A DNA stretch of 64,000 bases, taken from assembly GCA_964016885.1 (NCBI GenBank), contig OZ024743.1:65844001-65908000 (forward strand), given 5' to 3'. A model generated the notes under the pieces. The model did no database searches. It was given only the letters and a program-made list of their open reading frames with translations, and was not told the DNA's origin. The position numbers and the translations under genes were made by a program. Source of the DNA: Eledone cirrhosa (lineage: Eukaryota). This document shows positions 1-15,733 of the stretch, piece after piece (positions within the stretch are counted from its first letter, which is position 1; every line of letters begins with the position of its first letter).

Positions 1-2722
<2,722 letters not shown>

Positions 2723-2734
2723 CACATATAAATA

Positions 2735-2800
2735 CATATATATAGTCTAACAAACTTCTTTCGTTGCACATCTGCAACATCATCAGTGGTATTATTATGT
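2735..2800 (-). ncRNA. Hammerhead-like motif, GTTGCA/TGCAAC stem II family
   Basis: Reverse complement reads acca CTGATGA T GTTGCA GATG TGCAAC GAAA GAAG TT. Same family at 15790 and 49049. Confidence 0.6.
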
Positions 2801-2813
2801 TTGTATGTCTAAG

Positions 2814-2869
<56 letters not shown>

Positions 2870-2872
<3 letters not shown>

Positions 2873-3555
2873 AAAGGCAAACAGAAATAACAAAGCATGC
2901 GACACAGTACAATGAAGTAATATATTATTAGTTTTATTCTTGATATAGTAGGAAAAGAGTCTTAACGATTCGGGATAGAGCCCTTCCTCTCAGAAAATTG
3001 AATTAGAAATTAAAAAAGAAACAGAAAAATTGACAGGGTGGAATATATATATATATATGTATATATTTATATATATATATATATATAGGTAAATATACAC
3101 GGGTGTGTATGATTGTGTATAGAAGATTATATTAATAAGAGGAATTCCAACTTTGTCTGATTTACTCGTTTTATTTACAATCCTTTAAAATATATAATGG
3201 TATTATAATGAAATAGTATGATAGAATATTAAATTCTAAGTGTTAATTGAACAAGTACTTTCATGCTTTCGCAATCTTCAGGTTCATAATATGTGGTGAC
3301 AGTCAAGTTTGCAATTTTCAACTGTGAAAATTGCAAACTTGACTGTCACCACATATTATGAACCTGAAGATTGCGAAAGCATGAAAGTACTTGTTCAATT
3401 AACACTTAGAATTTAATATTCTATCATACTATTTCATTATAATACCATTATATATTTTAAAGGATTGTAAATAAAACGAGTAAATCAGACAAAGTTGGAA
3501 TTCCTCTTATTAATATAATCTTCTATACACAATCATACACACCCGTGTATATTTA

Positions 3556-3642
<87 letters not shown>

Positions 3643-3717
3643 CACCCTGTCAATCTTTCTGTTTCTTCTTTAATTTCTAATTCAATTTTCTGAGAGGAAG
3701 GGCTCTATCCCGAAACG

Positions 3718-3720
<3 letters not shown>
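2870..3720. mobile_element. Nested fold-back mini-elements in (TA)n
   Basis: Outer arms 2962-3045 and 3638-3720 are reverse complements. The inner perfect palindrome spans about 3088-3558 with a 4-nt loop at 3321-3324. Confidence 0.85.
3359..3397 (+). ncRNA. Type I hammerhead ribozyme motif
   Basis: TGAAC CTGAAGA T TGC GAAA GCA T GAAA GTAC TT GTTCA: paired stem I, GAAA-capped stem II and palindromic stem III AGTACT. Mirror copy on the minus strand at about 3248-3286. Confidence 0.8.
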
Positions 3721-3775
<55 letters not shown>

Positions 3776-5137
3776 GTGGAGAAATATATAAAGAAGAACA
3801 AACCGTTAAAACATGTTTATTTAAAATAGCACCTACGTACGTTTCGCCCGAATGGGCTTCTCAAGGGCATAAACAATTAAAAAGCGTTCCTTACATGACC
3901 CATCATGTAAGTTCACATCAGAGTCCATTCTTTGTAAAAAAACATGTATTGATTTTGCAGTAGGTCAAGGGAGATAAGTCTAGCCGGTGTTAGAGCAGTG
4001 TTCCCCAGGCTACTTTTATCCGTTATTACTTGGTGGTTACAGCTTTACCATTGTCGATTCACGCAGGGTTAGGGATGCAAAGTTAGTTTGCAGATGCTTG
4101 TTTGCTGCGCCTGCCCGCCGGGGTCGATTCATGCTGGGTGTGGGATGCATGGTTAGTTTCCGGATGTTTTTTGCAGCGCCTGCTCGCCGGGGTGTTAAGG
4201 TTTGGTGCAGGGTGACCCGGTTTACGGTTCTCACGCCTCATTCTTATTCCATTTGGAGTAAGAGATTTTTAAGCGGTGCGTACAGCTTATCGTCGTTTCT
4301 GCTCTGCTGTTGATGAGCTCGTGGGGGTGCCGTTATGATATGGTAAAGCTCCATGAGGATCAAAGCTCACACTTCCTCTTTAAATTGTACGGTGCTGCCC
4401 TACCGACAATTTCCCAGTGCGTGGAGAAGCTGATGTTTGAGTCTTTTAATGCTGTGATATAATTCGCGAGCGAAGTGGAGTATCTTAGTTTCTTGTTTGC
4501 GAAAGAGTGGAGATGTGTTCGAAATCTATTTTTGAACGGGCCAGAGGTAGTCCCTATATAATGTTTAACGCTATTATGGCTAGTTACGGTGCACCTATAA
4601 ATAAACCTATCAGCCAGGAAGTTTCCCCTAAGGGGGCAGCGTCCCCTGTCATGGCAGTTGCAATTTCGGTCGCAGTCACTTCTAGTTGCCAAGTAAGGCT
4701 ATTATTATTGCTATCTATGTTGTTACCTATGTCCCTACAGCTGTCGTTGGTACCATTATAACCGACTGTGTGTGGAGTAGTACCATTATCATTCCGGACG
4801 CCGCAACGCCTTCTGTTGTCGTTGGGTGACCCGTACGGGTCACCTGCATATTCCCCAGTCGTGTCGCGGTTATTTTGGTTGCGTCTGTAGTGGCTGTTGC
4901 CAGCACTATTGGGTGCTGCTAGGGAGTCGTTAAGGCTGATATACTTGTTGTCAGGTGTAGGTGTATCGGTGCTAAGGTGCTGTGTTTTGGTAATCTTACC
5001 GTGATTAATTGTTCCTATGATGTCTGCTAGGTTAGGAGTAGTAGAGAAGGATATTTTTATATTGTTCCTATTAAGGATTTTCTTATACTTATGGTTGGGT
5101 GGGAAGTTCTTCTCTAAGGCTTCGAAGAACACCCGGG
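3776..5137 (-). mobile_element. Penelope-like element 3: 5'-truncated fragment (RT thumb + GIY-YIG EN + 3' end), flanked by (TA)n
   Basis: Minus-strand FPPNHKYKKILNRNNIKISFSTTPNL, CNCHDRGRCPL, IYRCTV..YIGTTSGPFKNR, KCEL, INSRAE..CTH, with frameshifts. Hammerhead-like motif near its 3' end. Confidence 0.85.
3830..3870 (-). ncRNA. Hammerhead-like motif in 3' end of PLE 3
   Basis: Reverse complement tgcc CTTGAGA A GCCC ATTC GGGC GAAA CGTACG TA ggtg. Variant core, palindromic stem III. Confidence 0.65.
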
Positions 5138-5614
5138 GTAATATATATATATATATATATTAAATTCAAAGGGTATATAATTAGACATAGTCACAGATAT
5201 ATATATGAGTTAGGCAACCATTCACGGTGTGGCTCAATGAAGAATTAATTAAATAATTATTAATCAGAGCTATATATGGAACGATACCACCGGGTGGTAG
5301 AGACTATGAGAATTCTGGTAAAATTTATGCGCATTTTTTTCTTCAAACTTATATTTTGTACCTAATTCCGTGTAGTTAGCTATTTGTCTAGTCAATTTCT
5401 ACAGGCTAGAAGAAATAATTAAATAAGTGTCATATGGCTGTACATCGCGGAAAAGAATCTGTATCATTTGTCTATTATTTCTTCATAAGTACATTTTAAA
5501 CTTATAGCCTCGTTTAAATGATTTTTTATGTGGTTGATTTATACTGATTGGGAGAGGAAATACTGTATATATTTTATCTAATGATTCTTTGAACTTACAT
5601 ATATATATATATAT

Positions 5615-8404
5615 AGGTATGTCACTTAAAACATACATATACCCAACAAAAGGGAATACATTCTTGGTATGATACAAGGTACTAATAACTTTATTTGGCG
5701 CGTAAGATGAAAAGCTTTCCATTTTGATAAAGGACGTGCAAGTCACTCGTTTGGTTCAATCAATGAATCATATGGCTTTGGATCATGTAAAAACCCACCC
5801 ACAAACCCCCATCTCGATGCTTTCGAACAAGACTTGATGAATATGATCATGAAGATCAAGTTTACTAAACATGGAAGGAATGCGCTGCAGAACGACATGA
5901 AACCACTACCCGGAAGACTGCAAGATACCAAAGGAATTGTTGTGAAGGAGATAAGACCTCTAATGTGTATACCATGGATATCGATACATACAACAACTTC
6001 ATATGCAAAGAACAACATAAGAAATATAGAAAAACAAGTGAAACTAAACTAACGAACATTAATAACGAAGCATATAAAATAGTGAAAAATCTCAAGATAG
6101 ACGATAGAACCAAGCCGATTATACCTGCCACCCCCACCTTTAACCTGAAGGACCATAAGGTAAATTTTGACTCTAACCCTAAGATTAGACTTATATGCCT
6201 TTCTAAATCAGACATAGGAAAAATTAGCAAGCATATACTAGACAGGGTAATAATAACTCAATTAAAAAAGAAAATAGAAATGGGGGAACACTAGCGAAGC
6301 AATTCGCTGGTTTAATAACGTTAATAGCAAGAGTGAGTCTAAGTTTATACAATTCGAAATAAATGAATACTACTCTTCGATCTCACCCAGTACTTTACGT
6401 AAGGCCCTATCGTTCGCCAAGGTCAATTCAGACCTAACGGAGGACGAAATTAATACTATTCTAGAGGCTAGGAAAACTATTATCAAGTTTGATAACTGGT
6501 ACTGGGAGCGTAAGGATAGACCCACTAACTTCGACATCACCATGGGCTCCAATGATTCAGCGGAGGCCACGCATCTTGTGGGAATTTACATAGCCCACAT
6601 ACTACATGGAACATTTAATAATCTACAGGGGTGGGGGGGGATATATAGAGACGACGCGCTTCTATTAGTTAATAACTTAAATAACCCGAATATTAAAAGG
6701 CTACGGAAAAACATTAGACAATCTTTTAACGAACTGGGTCTGAAAATAACGTACGAACATAACCTTAAAGAAGTGAATTTTCTAGACGTAACTCTTAATT
6801 TGAACACAGGATTGATACGACCCTTTCACAAGATAAATGAGAACCTTACCTATATCAATTACAACTCGAATCACCCACTTTCCATGATTAAATCGGTTCC
6901 TCGTAGTATTTCTCTTAGAATCTCTCGCCTATCGTCTAATTCTCAGATTTTGAGCGAACATGCAGACTACTATAATAACGCACTAAGGAATGCTGACCAC
7001 CGGGATAAAATAGAATACATTAATACGAATCACCAGAGCACACATAGCAACACACGGAATCGAAGAATATGTAACCGGGACACAGACATACAAACACACA
7101 CACGCAATACCACCAGACATACTAATAATAGAAAATCATCACCAAACTCAAATAAATTACGTTGTAGGAAGTGTCTGGTATAATCTCATTTTTAATGCTT
7201 CGATTAGTACAAAACTATCTCTTTTATTCTTTAAGTTGATTAACAAGCATTTCCCTAATTCCCATAAATACAGTAAAATTCTAAACTCTAAGACTGTTAA
7301 GCTATCATACTCCACTGCACCGAACCTAGAAGCACACATAAAAAAACTTAACTTAAAGCGATTATTAAACAACACTACAAAACAAAATATTTTAGACACA
7401 GATGGGCATAACGTAATATCAACTTCCCAACCACCAAATGGGAGACGAGTATTACACACCTCACCTGAACTGTTATCACAGCCTATCCATGGTACAGTTA
7501 TTACTCATAGCAAAAACTGCAATTGCCACCTGCCCGAGAGATGCCCATTGAAGAATAAATGCATAGAGTCCAACATTGTTTATCAATGCACTGTCGAATC
7601 AAACGACCAGAAATGGTATTAGGTCGGGTCTACCACTACCTCCTTTAAATCACGCTGGTATCGTCATCGATTTTCGATTAAACATCCTGAACACCGTTAT
7701 GTAACTACACTCGCTAATAAGACCTGGCAATTCCGTGAATACAACCGGAAGTCCACCTTAAAATTATCCAGCGCTAGTGCATATCGGAGTGGATTAAAGT
7801 ACTGCAGATTATGCAACCTTGAACTCTTTTATATCTTGAAATCTAAAAACAATTTACTAAATGACAGAACCGAACGATCGTTATACTGCAACCACAAACT
7901 GAAGGCTAAATTTTCTCACTATAAAAGTAACTTAACATAATGTGAACCCGAGACTACTACACCACTTTCTCGCTAACTAATTTCACTCAATACTTACTTC
8001 CTAACTATATCCCCGCTACACTACTAGCCAATACCTTGCTTATCGTAATAAATGGATACTTAAGTACGATCAGCAAACTACAACCATCAACTCGGGGGAT
8101 ATCGCCTTTCCTTCCCCTTCTCTTAGCTTTTTTCTGTCCCCTCTCTCTCTCTCTTTCTCTCTCCACCCTCTCTCTCTTTCGCCCTCTGTCTATCTCCCTC
8201 CTTCTCCACATCTATTAACCTGCTCTCTGTGGCAATTAATAATTCCAAACTTGACAATATCAACACAATGCCTAAGTTGTCACTTTGAGAGTAAGCAGTA
8301 TAATAAAACCACTTGTTGTACCCCTATTACAACATTTAGATTAAGCTATCTGTATTCTTCGAACCACTCTCTCCCATTTCTCCTACCCCTATATATTTCT
8401 CCCC

Positions 8405-8435
<31 letters not shown>

Positions 8436-8699
8436 TCCCTTCCTTTCTCTCTTCATTTTCTACTCTATCTTCCCCAATTACTCCCTTTAAGAAATACAAG
8501 GAAATTACAATCTAGCCATTCGCTCTGAAGAATTCAGAACGGCATTTGGTACGAACGGCATTTGAAAATTGAGTATCTGCGAATAAATAACTACCAATTT
8601 GCATATAGCATGACTAGGCTGTGTAATTACTAAAGAAACATTTGTAAACACTCGGAATATATTACCTTTTTATGATGTCTACCTGTTTTATTAATCATT

Positions 8700-8702
<3 letters not shown>
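5615..8702 (+). mobile_element. Penelope-like element 2 with 3' UTR, bounded by (TA)n at both ends
   Basis: The ORF starts immediately after a TA tract (about 5598-5614). The 3' UTR has a degenerate CTGAAGA...GAAA motif (8525-8570) and runs into (TA)n at 8703. Confidence 0.75.
5619..7930 (+). pseudogene. Penelope-like element 2: near full-length disrupted RT + GIY-YIG ORF (probably Hydra-type clade)
   Basis: MSLK..FIWRVR*KAFHF, YGFGS..PP..LDAFEQDL, KDHK..PKIRLI..KSDIGKISK, FDITMGSNDSAE, GIYRDD, NFLDV, SNHP, FPNSHKYSKILN, CNCHLPERCPL, VYQCTV, CRLC..E, LLN.R.E, CNH. Several stops and frameshifts. Confidence 0.9.
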
Positions 8703-8755
<53 letters not shown>

Positions 8756-9061
8756 TCGTTATTTTTCCAATCAGTCTACTCACCAATGTTCTGGTTACCA
8801 CATCACGTGATGTGGTAACCACATTCTCTCGTGGTTGGCAGTAGTAATAATAGAGCTAATGTCTTGATGTTGTTTATTGACATCATATTTGATCGAGTAG
8901 AACTATCATTAGAGGCGCTCCAATCATGGTTATCTCATTCACATACGTCAACTACCATAGATGACGCATGTATGTATGTATGTATGTATGTATGTATGTA
9001 TGTATGTATGTATGTATGTATGTATGTATGTATGTATGTATGTATGTATGTATGTATGTAT

Positions 9062-9265
9062 GTCAGTTCGCTCTCGAGTTTTACTGGAACCATGTAACCC
9101 AGTACAACCTGTCTCATGGTCGGGTCGTCGGCGACTAAACAGGCAACCCCAGAAAGTTTACTTGGTGTGGAGGGTGATTTTGGGCACCCCGTAGGACAAA
9201 AAACAAAACCTGACAAAGGGCGGAAGAACTCATGAGTCAACGGCCATCGCCCCAAAATGTGTAAA
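9062..9265 (+). mobile_element. 5' fragment of (ATGT)n-associated RTE-like non-autonomous element
   Basis: Homologous to 63767-63960 and 50819-50950. Preceded by (ATGT)n at 8968-9061. Confidence 0.7.
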
Positions 9266-9501
9266 TATGTATGTACAATATACTACAATAAGGAGCTCGC
9301 TTTCCAATCACAAGGTCCTGGGTTCTAATCTTACATTTGACTCTGTAAATACTTATGTCCCCAAAGTTACTCTTACATTTAATCCTGTATGTTATTTTTA
9401 CATCTATGTTGAACATTTAAGTAATTATATCCTAGAAATATATTTAAAAAATCAAGAATTAGGCCTTTCTTTTTATATTAGGCCTTTATATATATATATA
9501 T

Positions 9502-9706
9502 ATAACGAAGGAAATGTGGTAAGGAACCAGATGGACCATAACGCACCAAAGTACTCAATACTTAGGGTAGTAGAGTGGGTAATAGGAACAAGTATGACAC
9601 CGACGGCAGAGCTCAAGCCGTTTCGACGACTAATTCTGGACGGCTAATTCAGTCCAGAATTAGCCGTCGAAACGGCTTGAGCTCTGCCGTCGGGGTCATA
9701 CTTGTT

Positions 9707-9710
<4 letters not shown>
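9502..9710. mobile_element. Fold-back mini-element (GAAACGGC..GCCGTC family) in (TA)n
   Basis: Inverted arms gacggcagagctcaagccgtttcgac / gtcgaaacggcttgagctctgccgtc. Further copies at 31911-32050, 32712-32790, 35438-35712, 48855-49003, 60658-60870 and 63198-63290. Confidence 0.8.
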
Positions 9711-9741
<31 letters not shown>

Positions 9742-10406
9742 ATATGTTGAGTACTAAAATATATATATATACATCAGGACCGAACAAAATAGAACCACAC
9801 TTCTATGTCACTGCCTCCGTCGTTCTCGCTCTCCATATCTTTCACTATTATAAACAAATGAGGGCCTATACAGTAGACTATAGGGTTTCTCTTATGCAAA
9901 CCATAACTTTATCAGAACTCAAATATTCTAGTTTGCATCATTATACATATATCCAGTAATACTGTTATATATGACATACCAATCCTGGACTCCAAACATT
10001 CATTGAAAACTATTACTGTTATTATTAGCAGAACTAGCTCGCTATTATATGGCTAAATAAAACGTGAATTCATCTGTGACCTGAGTCCACGTGTCTACAA
10101 CAAATACACAACAGAGTAGGAACAAATATATAAATATATATAAGGAAGTGAATAAAAAGGGAGTGAGTAGGAAGAATAAGAAAATAAAAAGATATTCTGT
10201 CTGTTGTACAAGCTGACACAGTTGTATTTTACGTTCACACAATCATACATACACACACATATACAAAAACACACTTATACATATACAACTGCAAACACAT
10301 ACACTAACAGTTGTATAAACATACACTCATACACATCTATACAGACTCGCATACACATACATATGCACACATAGAGATACGCATAAACAGACATTCACAC
10401 AGAAAC

Positions 10407-10457
<51 letters not shown>

Positions 10458-10531
10458 TGCATGTAAATATATATATATATGTGTGTGTGTATGTTTTTGC
10501 ATATATATATATTAATAATAATAGTAATAAT

Positions 10532-10716
10532 AATTGTTTCTACTTTTGGCACAAGGCCAGCAATCCACCAGTACATTACTGGTACTTCATTTTATCGACC
10601 CCGTAAGGATGAAAGGCAAAGTTAACCTCGGCGGGATTTGAACTCAGATCATAAAGGGCCGTAACTCTATGCTGCAAAGCATAGTGTCCGACCCTCTACC
10701 GATACTGCCAATCCAC
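10532..10716 (-). mobile_element. tRNA-derived SINE family A
   Basis: Reverse complement of the consensus with A box TGGCAGTATCGG, B box GAGTTCAAATCC and central GCCTTTCATCCTTACGGGGTCGATAAA (resembles the Meta/MESC SINE central domain). Confidence 0.85.
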
Positions 10717-10731
10717 AGTAATAATAATAAA

Positions 10732-10930
10732 TCTGAATACTAAAATCCAAAGAGGGGTCGATAAGGATAACTATATTTCAAATATATAAGAACCCCAGAA
10801 AATATTTATTAAAATAACAGATTAAAGTTTAAGCAAAGAATCGCTACTTTCACCCTTAACGGGATCTTCTGAAGATCCCGTTAAGGGTGAAAGCAGCGAT
10901 TCTTAGCTTAAACTTTAATCTGTTATTTTA

Positions 10931-10933
<3 letters not shown>
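10732..10933. mobile_element. Fold-back mini-element centred on CTGAAGA
   Basis: gggatcttc T gaagatccc centre at 10870 with arms of about 65 bp. Same family at 17930-17985 and 38275-38465. Confidence 0.8.
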
Positions 10934-10989
<56 letters not shown>

Positions 10990-10991
<2 letters not shown>

Positions 10992-11197
10992 TTATTCCGG
11001 GATGAATCGGAGGTAACCACAGTAAGAAAGGTACTCAATACATAGCAGAGTATACAAGTTTTAATATAGATGAGATTCTACAGGACTAGAACTGTTTCAT
11101 TCTTGAGAAATCATCCGGAATCTGGTCAGATTCCGGATGATTTTTCAAGAATGAAACAGTTCTAGTCCTGTAGAATCTCATCTATATTAAAACTTAT
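10990..11197. mobile_element. Fold-back mini-element (GAAACAGTTCTAG family)
   Basis: Arms of about 70 bp around 11125-11126. Relatives at 15340-15450, 30330-30385, 38060-38106 and 60388-60560. Confidence 0.8.
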
Positions 11198-11260
11198 ATA
11201 TATATATATATATTGAGTATATGTTGGTTGTTTACCGACACCTTACATATTTGACTTAAT

Positions 11261-11309
<49 letters not shown>

Positions 11310-11692
11310 TACACATATATATATATATATGTATATGAATGTATGTATATGTATGTATATATTTATGTTTGTTTGTGTGGATGTGCGTGTATATATATAT
11401 ATATACACACACACACATATATATATGCGCGTACATACACAATCACCGACTATCTATACAGACACAAACATTTGTAAAGGTTTCCTTTCACATGAATCTA
11501 CACGTGTCTCAACACATGTACTTCACAGTTTTGTCACACAGTTGTAAATTCCGTTCTCAAGCGTATCACGGTGTCTGAAACTAGTAAAACAAAACATAAG
11601 AAAAGAAACAACGAGGCAAAAAATACCACATAAAACATATATAGAACAAAAGCGGGAATTCTCTCGTCTAAAATTAAGTCTTCCAGCTAAAT

Positions 11693-11865
11693 TTAGACAC
11701 GTGTCTTTTCATTTATAGCATCAATAAGTAAAATATTGTAATAAAAAAGGGAAGCAAGGAAGAATTCTGAAATCTTAATTAGACACGTGTCTTTCCATTT
11801 ATAGCATCGATAAGGAAAATATTGTAATAAAAAAGGGAAGCAAGGAAGAATTCTGAAATCTTAAT
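11693..11865. repeat. Direct tandem duplication of about 86 bp
   Basis: ttagacacgtgtctt...gaattctgaaatcttaa occurs twice in tandem. Confidence 0.85.
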
Positions 11866-12472
11866 TATGTAAAATATTTAGATATATGAATGTATGTAAA
11901 TCTTTTTAGGCAATAGTATATAAATATGTAGGTTACATACATAAATATATACATAAATGCATGCATGCGTATACATATATAAATATATAAATTCATACAT
12001 ATATAAAATACATACATATATAAAATATATATGCATATATACACACACACACATATATATACCTAAATATTACATGTATATGTATATATATATATGTGTG
12101 TTTGTGTGAGTGTGTGTGTGTGTGAGTGTATGTGTGTGTGTGTGTGTGTGTATAGATCCTGAGTTAAATTGGCGATAAGGACAGTTAATAAGGTACTCAA
12201 TACACAAATGAAACAGCTCTTGTCCTATATTAAATAATTCGATTTTCGAATAGCTAAATGTCAGCAGAAGGGCACCCAGGAGTCATGACCTGGATGCGGC
12301 TCGACCCCATTAGAGTGTAGGAAGTTAAGGGCCGAAATACTCGCTTAATGGGGCGGGCTGCTTCTCTGAAGACCTGTCGAGCTCTCCTGGAAGGTTCTTA
12401 CCACTATATATATGTATACACACACACACACATAGACACACACACACACACACACGCACACACACACACACG

Positions 12473-12524
<52 letters not shown>

Positions 12525-12525
<1 letters not shown>

Positions 12526-12980
12526 TTAGGTTTGTTGGTTCACCACTGGATAGAACTGGTCATTCCGTATAGTCAACCTTGATGTAATATTAGGGAGAGC
12601 ACTCGACGCAATGCAACTCACCCGTCTTCGTTTGTGTAGCTGATGGTGCGAGTACGGAGTTATTTATTATAACATAACAGGAGGCTGGACTGGTGTAATT
12701 CCTTAAAGGTTTATTATACTATGAACATTTCAATGACCGGGTTCAGTATGAATCCGGTGATATCATCAGGTATTCGACATTTATCAAAGGAATATAATAG
12801 ACACAATCCATGGGGCTGAAAAGCAGAGAGAGATACCCAAGACAAGAAGGCGGCCAAAAATTGGATTGTGTCTATTATATTCCTTTGTTGGATAAATTTC
12901 GAATACCTGATGATGTCACCGGATTAATACTGAACCTGGTCATCGAAATATTCATAGTATAATAAATATTTAAGGAATTA
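12525..12980. mobile_element. Diverged fold-back mini-element with hammerhead motif
   Basis: Arms about 12697-12810 and 12862-12980 with a ~50 bp spacer. CTGATGA at 12907-12913 and GAAA at 12945-12948. Confidence 0.75.
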
Positions 12981-13069
12981 TATATGAATGTATAATATGC
13001 ATACATATGTATATTGAAACAGATCTATATCTATATATCTATCTCCCTCTCTCCCTCTCTCTCTATCTA

Positions 13070-13124
<55 letters not shown>

Positions 13125-13784
13125 TTTTCCGGGGAGAAACGGATAAAGACCAGAGTTAAAACATTTAAAACATTATTTATCAAGTGCCAAATTTAAACAT
13201 TCATTTCTATATGAAACTTGGGTCACGTTTACTTTAAAATATAAAAAATAAATCATGTTCACTTAAAAATAATTTTTAAATAATTAAAATATACACAGAC
13301 ATGTCTCTCTTTCAATCTCTATATCTTTTTCTGTATCTTTCTCTCTCTATTTATGAAGGTACGCGAAAAAAATACCCCCGTATCTCGGGCGGGATCCGTG
13401 CTCCGATTTACGCGAAAATTGTTTTATTTCATCTGTATTCCCATTTCAGGCGCAACTTCTTTTCAAAGTATTTTCCCTTTCTGTGCTGTTTTGGCTGTAT
13501 TACATTATAGACAAGATACGATCGCAGAGATTTAGTAGTATATAGATAAATATATACATACATAGATAGATAGCTAGATAGATAGATAGATACATGCGTA
13601 CATACGGATATATATATATATAATCCTTTATAATAATTATCTGCACATATATATATATATATATTTATACACACACACACACACACACATATATACATAT
13701 ATACATACACTCCAGCACATACACACGCACGCGCACTCATATATATATGTGTGTGTGTGTATATATATATATATTTATATATAC

Positions 13785-13885
<101 letters not shown>

Positions 13886-14080
13886 TATATATATATACAC
13901 ACATATAGATATATAACTCCTTGAATTGAATGAAGATCTTGTTTCGAATATCAAAGAACAGTCTATAATAACGAAGATGACTAATCGGAACCACACACAC
14001 ACACACACATGCACATATATATATATATATATATACATCCACACCCATACACAGACATACACACATCCACTCATATAAAA

Positions 14081-14117
<37 letters not shown>

Positions 14118-14420
14118 CACTCCCACACATATATTATTATGTTTGTTTGCGTGTTTTTTCCCATGTTTTATTATATTAGTGTGAGAAAGTGTAAAATATA
14201 AAATACAGCTTGTGAAGCCACGTTTCGTGTCACGGAATCTCTACTTTTTGAATTACACTAGTATTTTACCCCGTTTTAAAATCTACTGCTCTATTCCACA
14301 TAAATATAGATTTCCTCTTAAATGTATACATGTGAGTATATCTGTCTCTCTTTCGTCTGTCTATCTGTCTATTTATTATAAATAAATAAATAAATAATAA
14401 ATGATGAAATAAATAAAGAA

Positions 14421-14461
<41 letters not shown>

Positions 14462-14659
14462 CATATCTTTTGTAACGCCTCCCCCTATTGGGTATTTCGA
14501 TTGTTGAATTTGTGTGTTAAAATTTTTTACACGATTGTATGTAAAATCCCCGCCATATGTTTTTGTATTGCCCCATTTTCTTGTGCACCCTTGTGGCAAA
14601 TAAAGAAATCTATCTATCTATCTATCTAAACATATACACATACACACATAAACACATAC

Positions 14660-15101
14660 ACCATATATATATATAAATAAAGTTGTAGTTCCTGTCTGCT
14701 TGTTTGTTTGTTCATGAACTCCACCTATGATTTTGGAGATAGACCCCCATAACCATATATATTCTGAAACTACATTGCACAGGGTACTTGGATAAGTATA
14801 TTTCATTTTAATCAAAGGGTTCCCCGGGGGGGGGGGGGGCACAAACACCCGCTGAATATATTTCCCTTCGATTTAGATGAAATTTAAACCATAGGTAAAT
14901 TACAAGATATGATGCCTATTCACAAAAGTTTTGAATTGATATTTTGAAAAAAATTATTTACAAGAAACAAAATACGAATAATGTTTTCCAATTTTTTATG
15001 CATTACATTTTAGTAATACTGAAATGCAGAGTTTTTCTCCATATCACTGACTTAAAATCAATCATAATTTTCTTAGAAAATAAAAACGTGTATTTCAGCT
15101 A

Positions 15102-15102
<1 letters not shown>
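14660..15102 (+). mobile_element. Possible non-autonomous Helitron remnant
   Basis: Starts with tatatataaataaagttgtag..tgtttgtttg and ends ..gtgtatttcagCTAG followed by T. Termini only, no coding support. Confidence 0.35.
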
Positions 15103-15140
<38 letters not shown>

Positions 15141-15184
15141 TTCCCGAATTGTGTCGTTGATAGAGTATAAGCATCTTTATTATG

Positions 15185-15340
15185 TGAAATTCCGTTATAA
15201 CGAAATTCACGAGGTATAAAAAATTCTTTATAACGAGATCAACCAAACACATCATGCATGTGGCCGAGAACTGAAAAAGATTTTATTATAGTGAAAAATT
15301 CGTTATAATGGTATTCGTTATAACAGAATTTTACCTGTAT
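15185..15340. mobile_element. Possible pogo/Tigger-type MITE end
   Basis: Repeated CGTTATAACG-like subterminal motifs ending in ttttacCTG-TA. Confidence 0.35.
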
Positions 15341-15463
15341 ATAGAAATGACTTCTACAGGATTATAACTATTTCATTCGTATGAATCATCAGGAATATCC
15401 TGAAGATTTCATCGGAATGAAACAGTTCTAGTTCTGTAGAAGTGATCTCTATATATATAATAG

Positions 15464-15515
<52 letters not shown>

Positions 15516-15678
15516 TTGCAAGGTTTTTCATATGAAATCGTGTGTCGAAACAAATATTGTTATACTTGGGGAATACAAAGATAGAATACAAAAACATAAA
15601 CACATACACTCAAACGCGAACACACACACCAAACGTGATACACACACGCAAACGCATGCGCAGAGACGGAGGCAGGAA

Positions 15679-15733
<55 letters not shown>

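Noticed and set aside
5700-7625. In-frame stops in PLE 2 as selenocysteine recoding
   Set aside because: Stops include TAG and TAA, align with Trp/Tyr positions and co-occur with frameshifts, which indicates ordinary decay.
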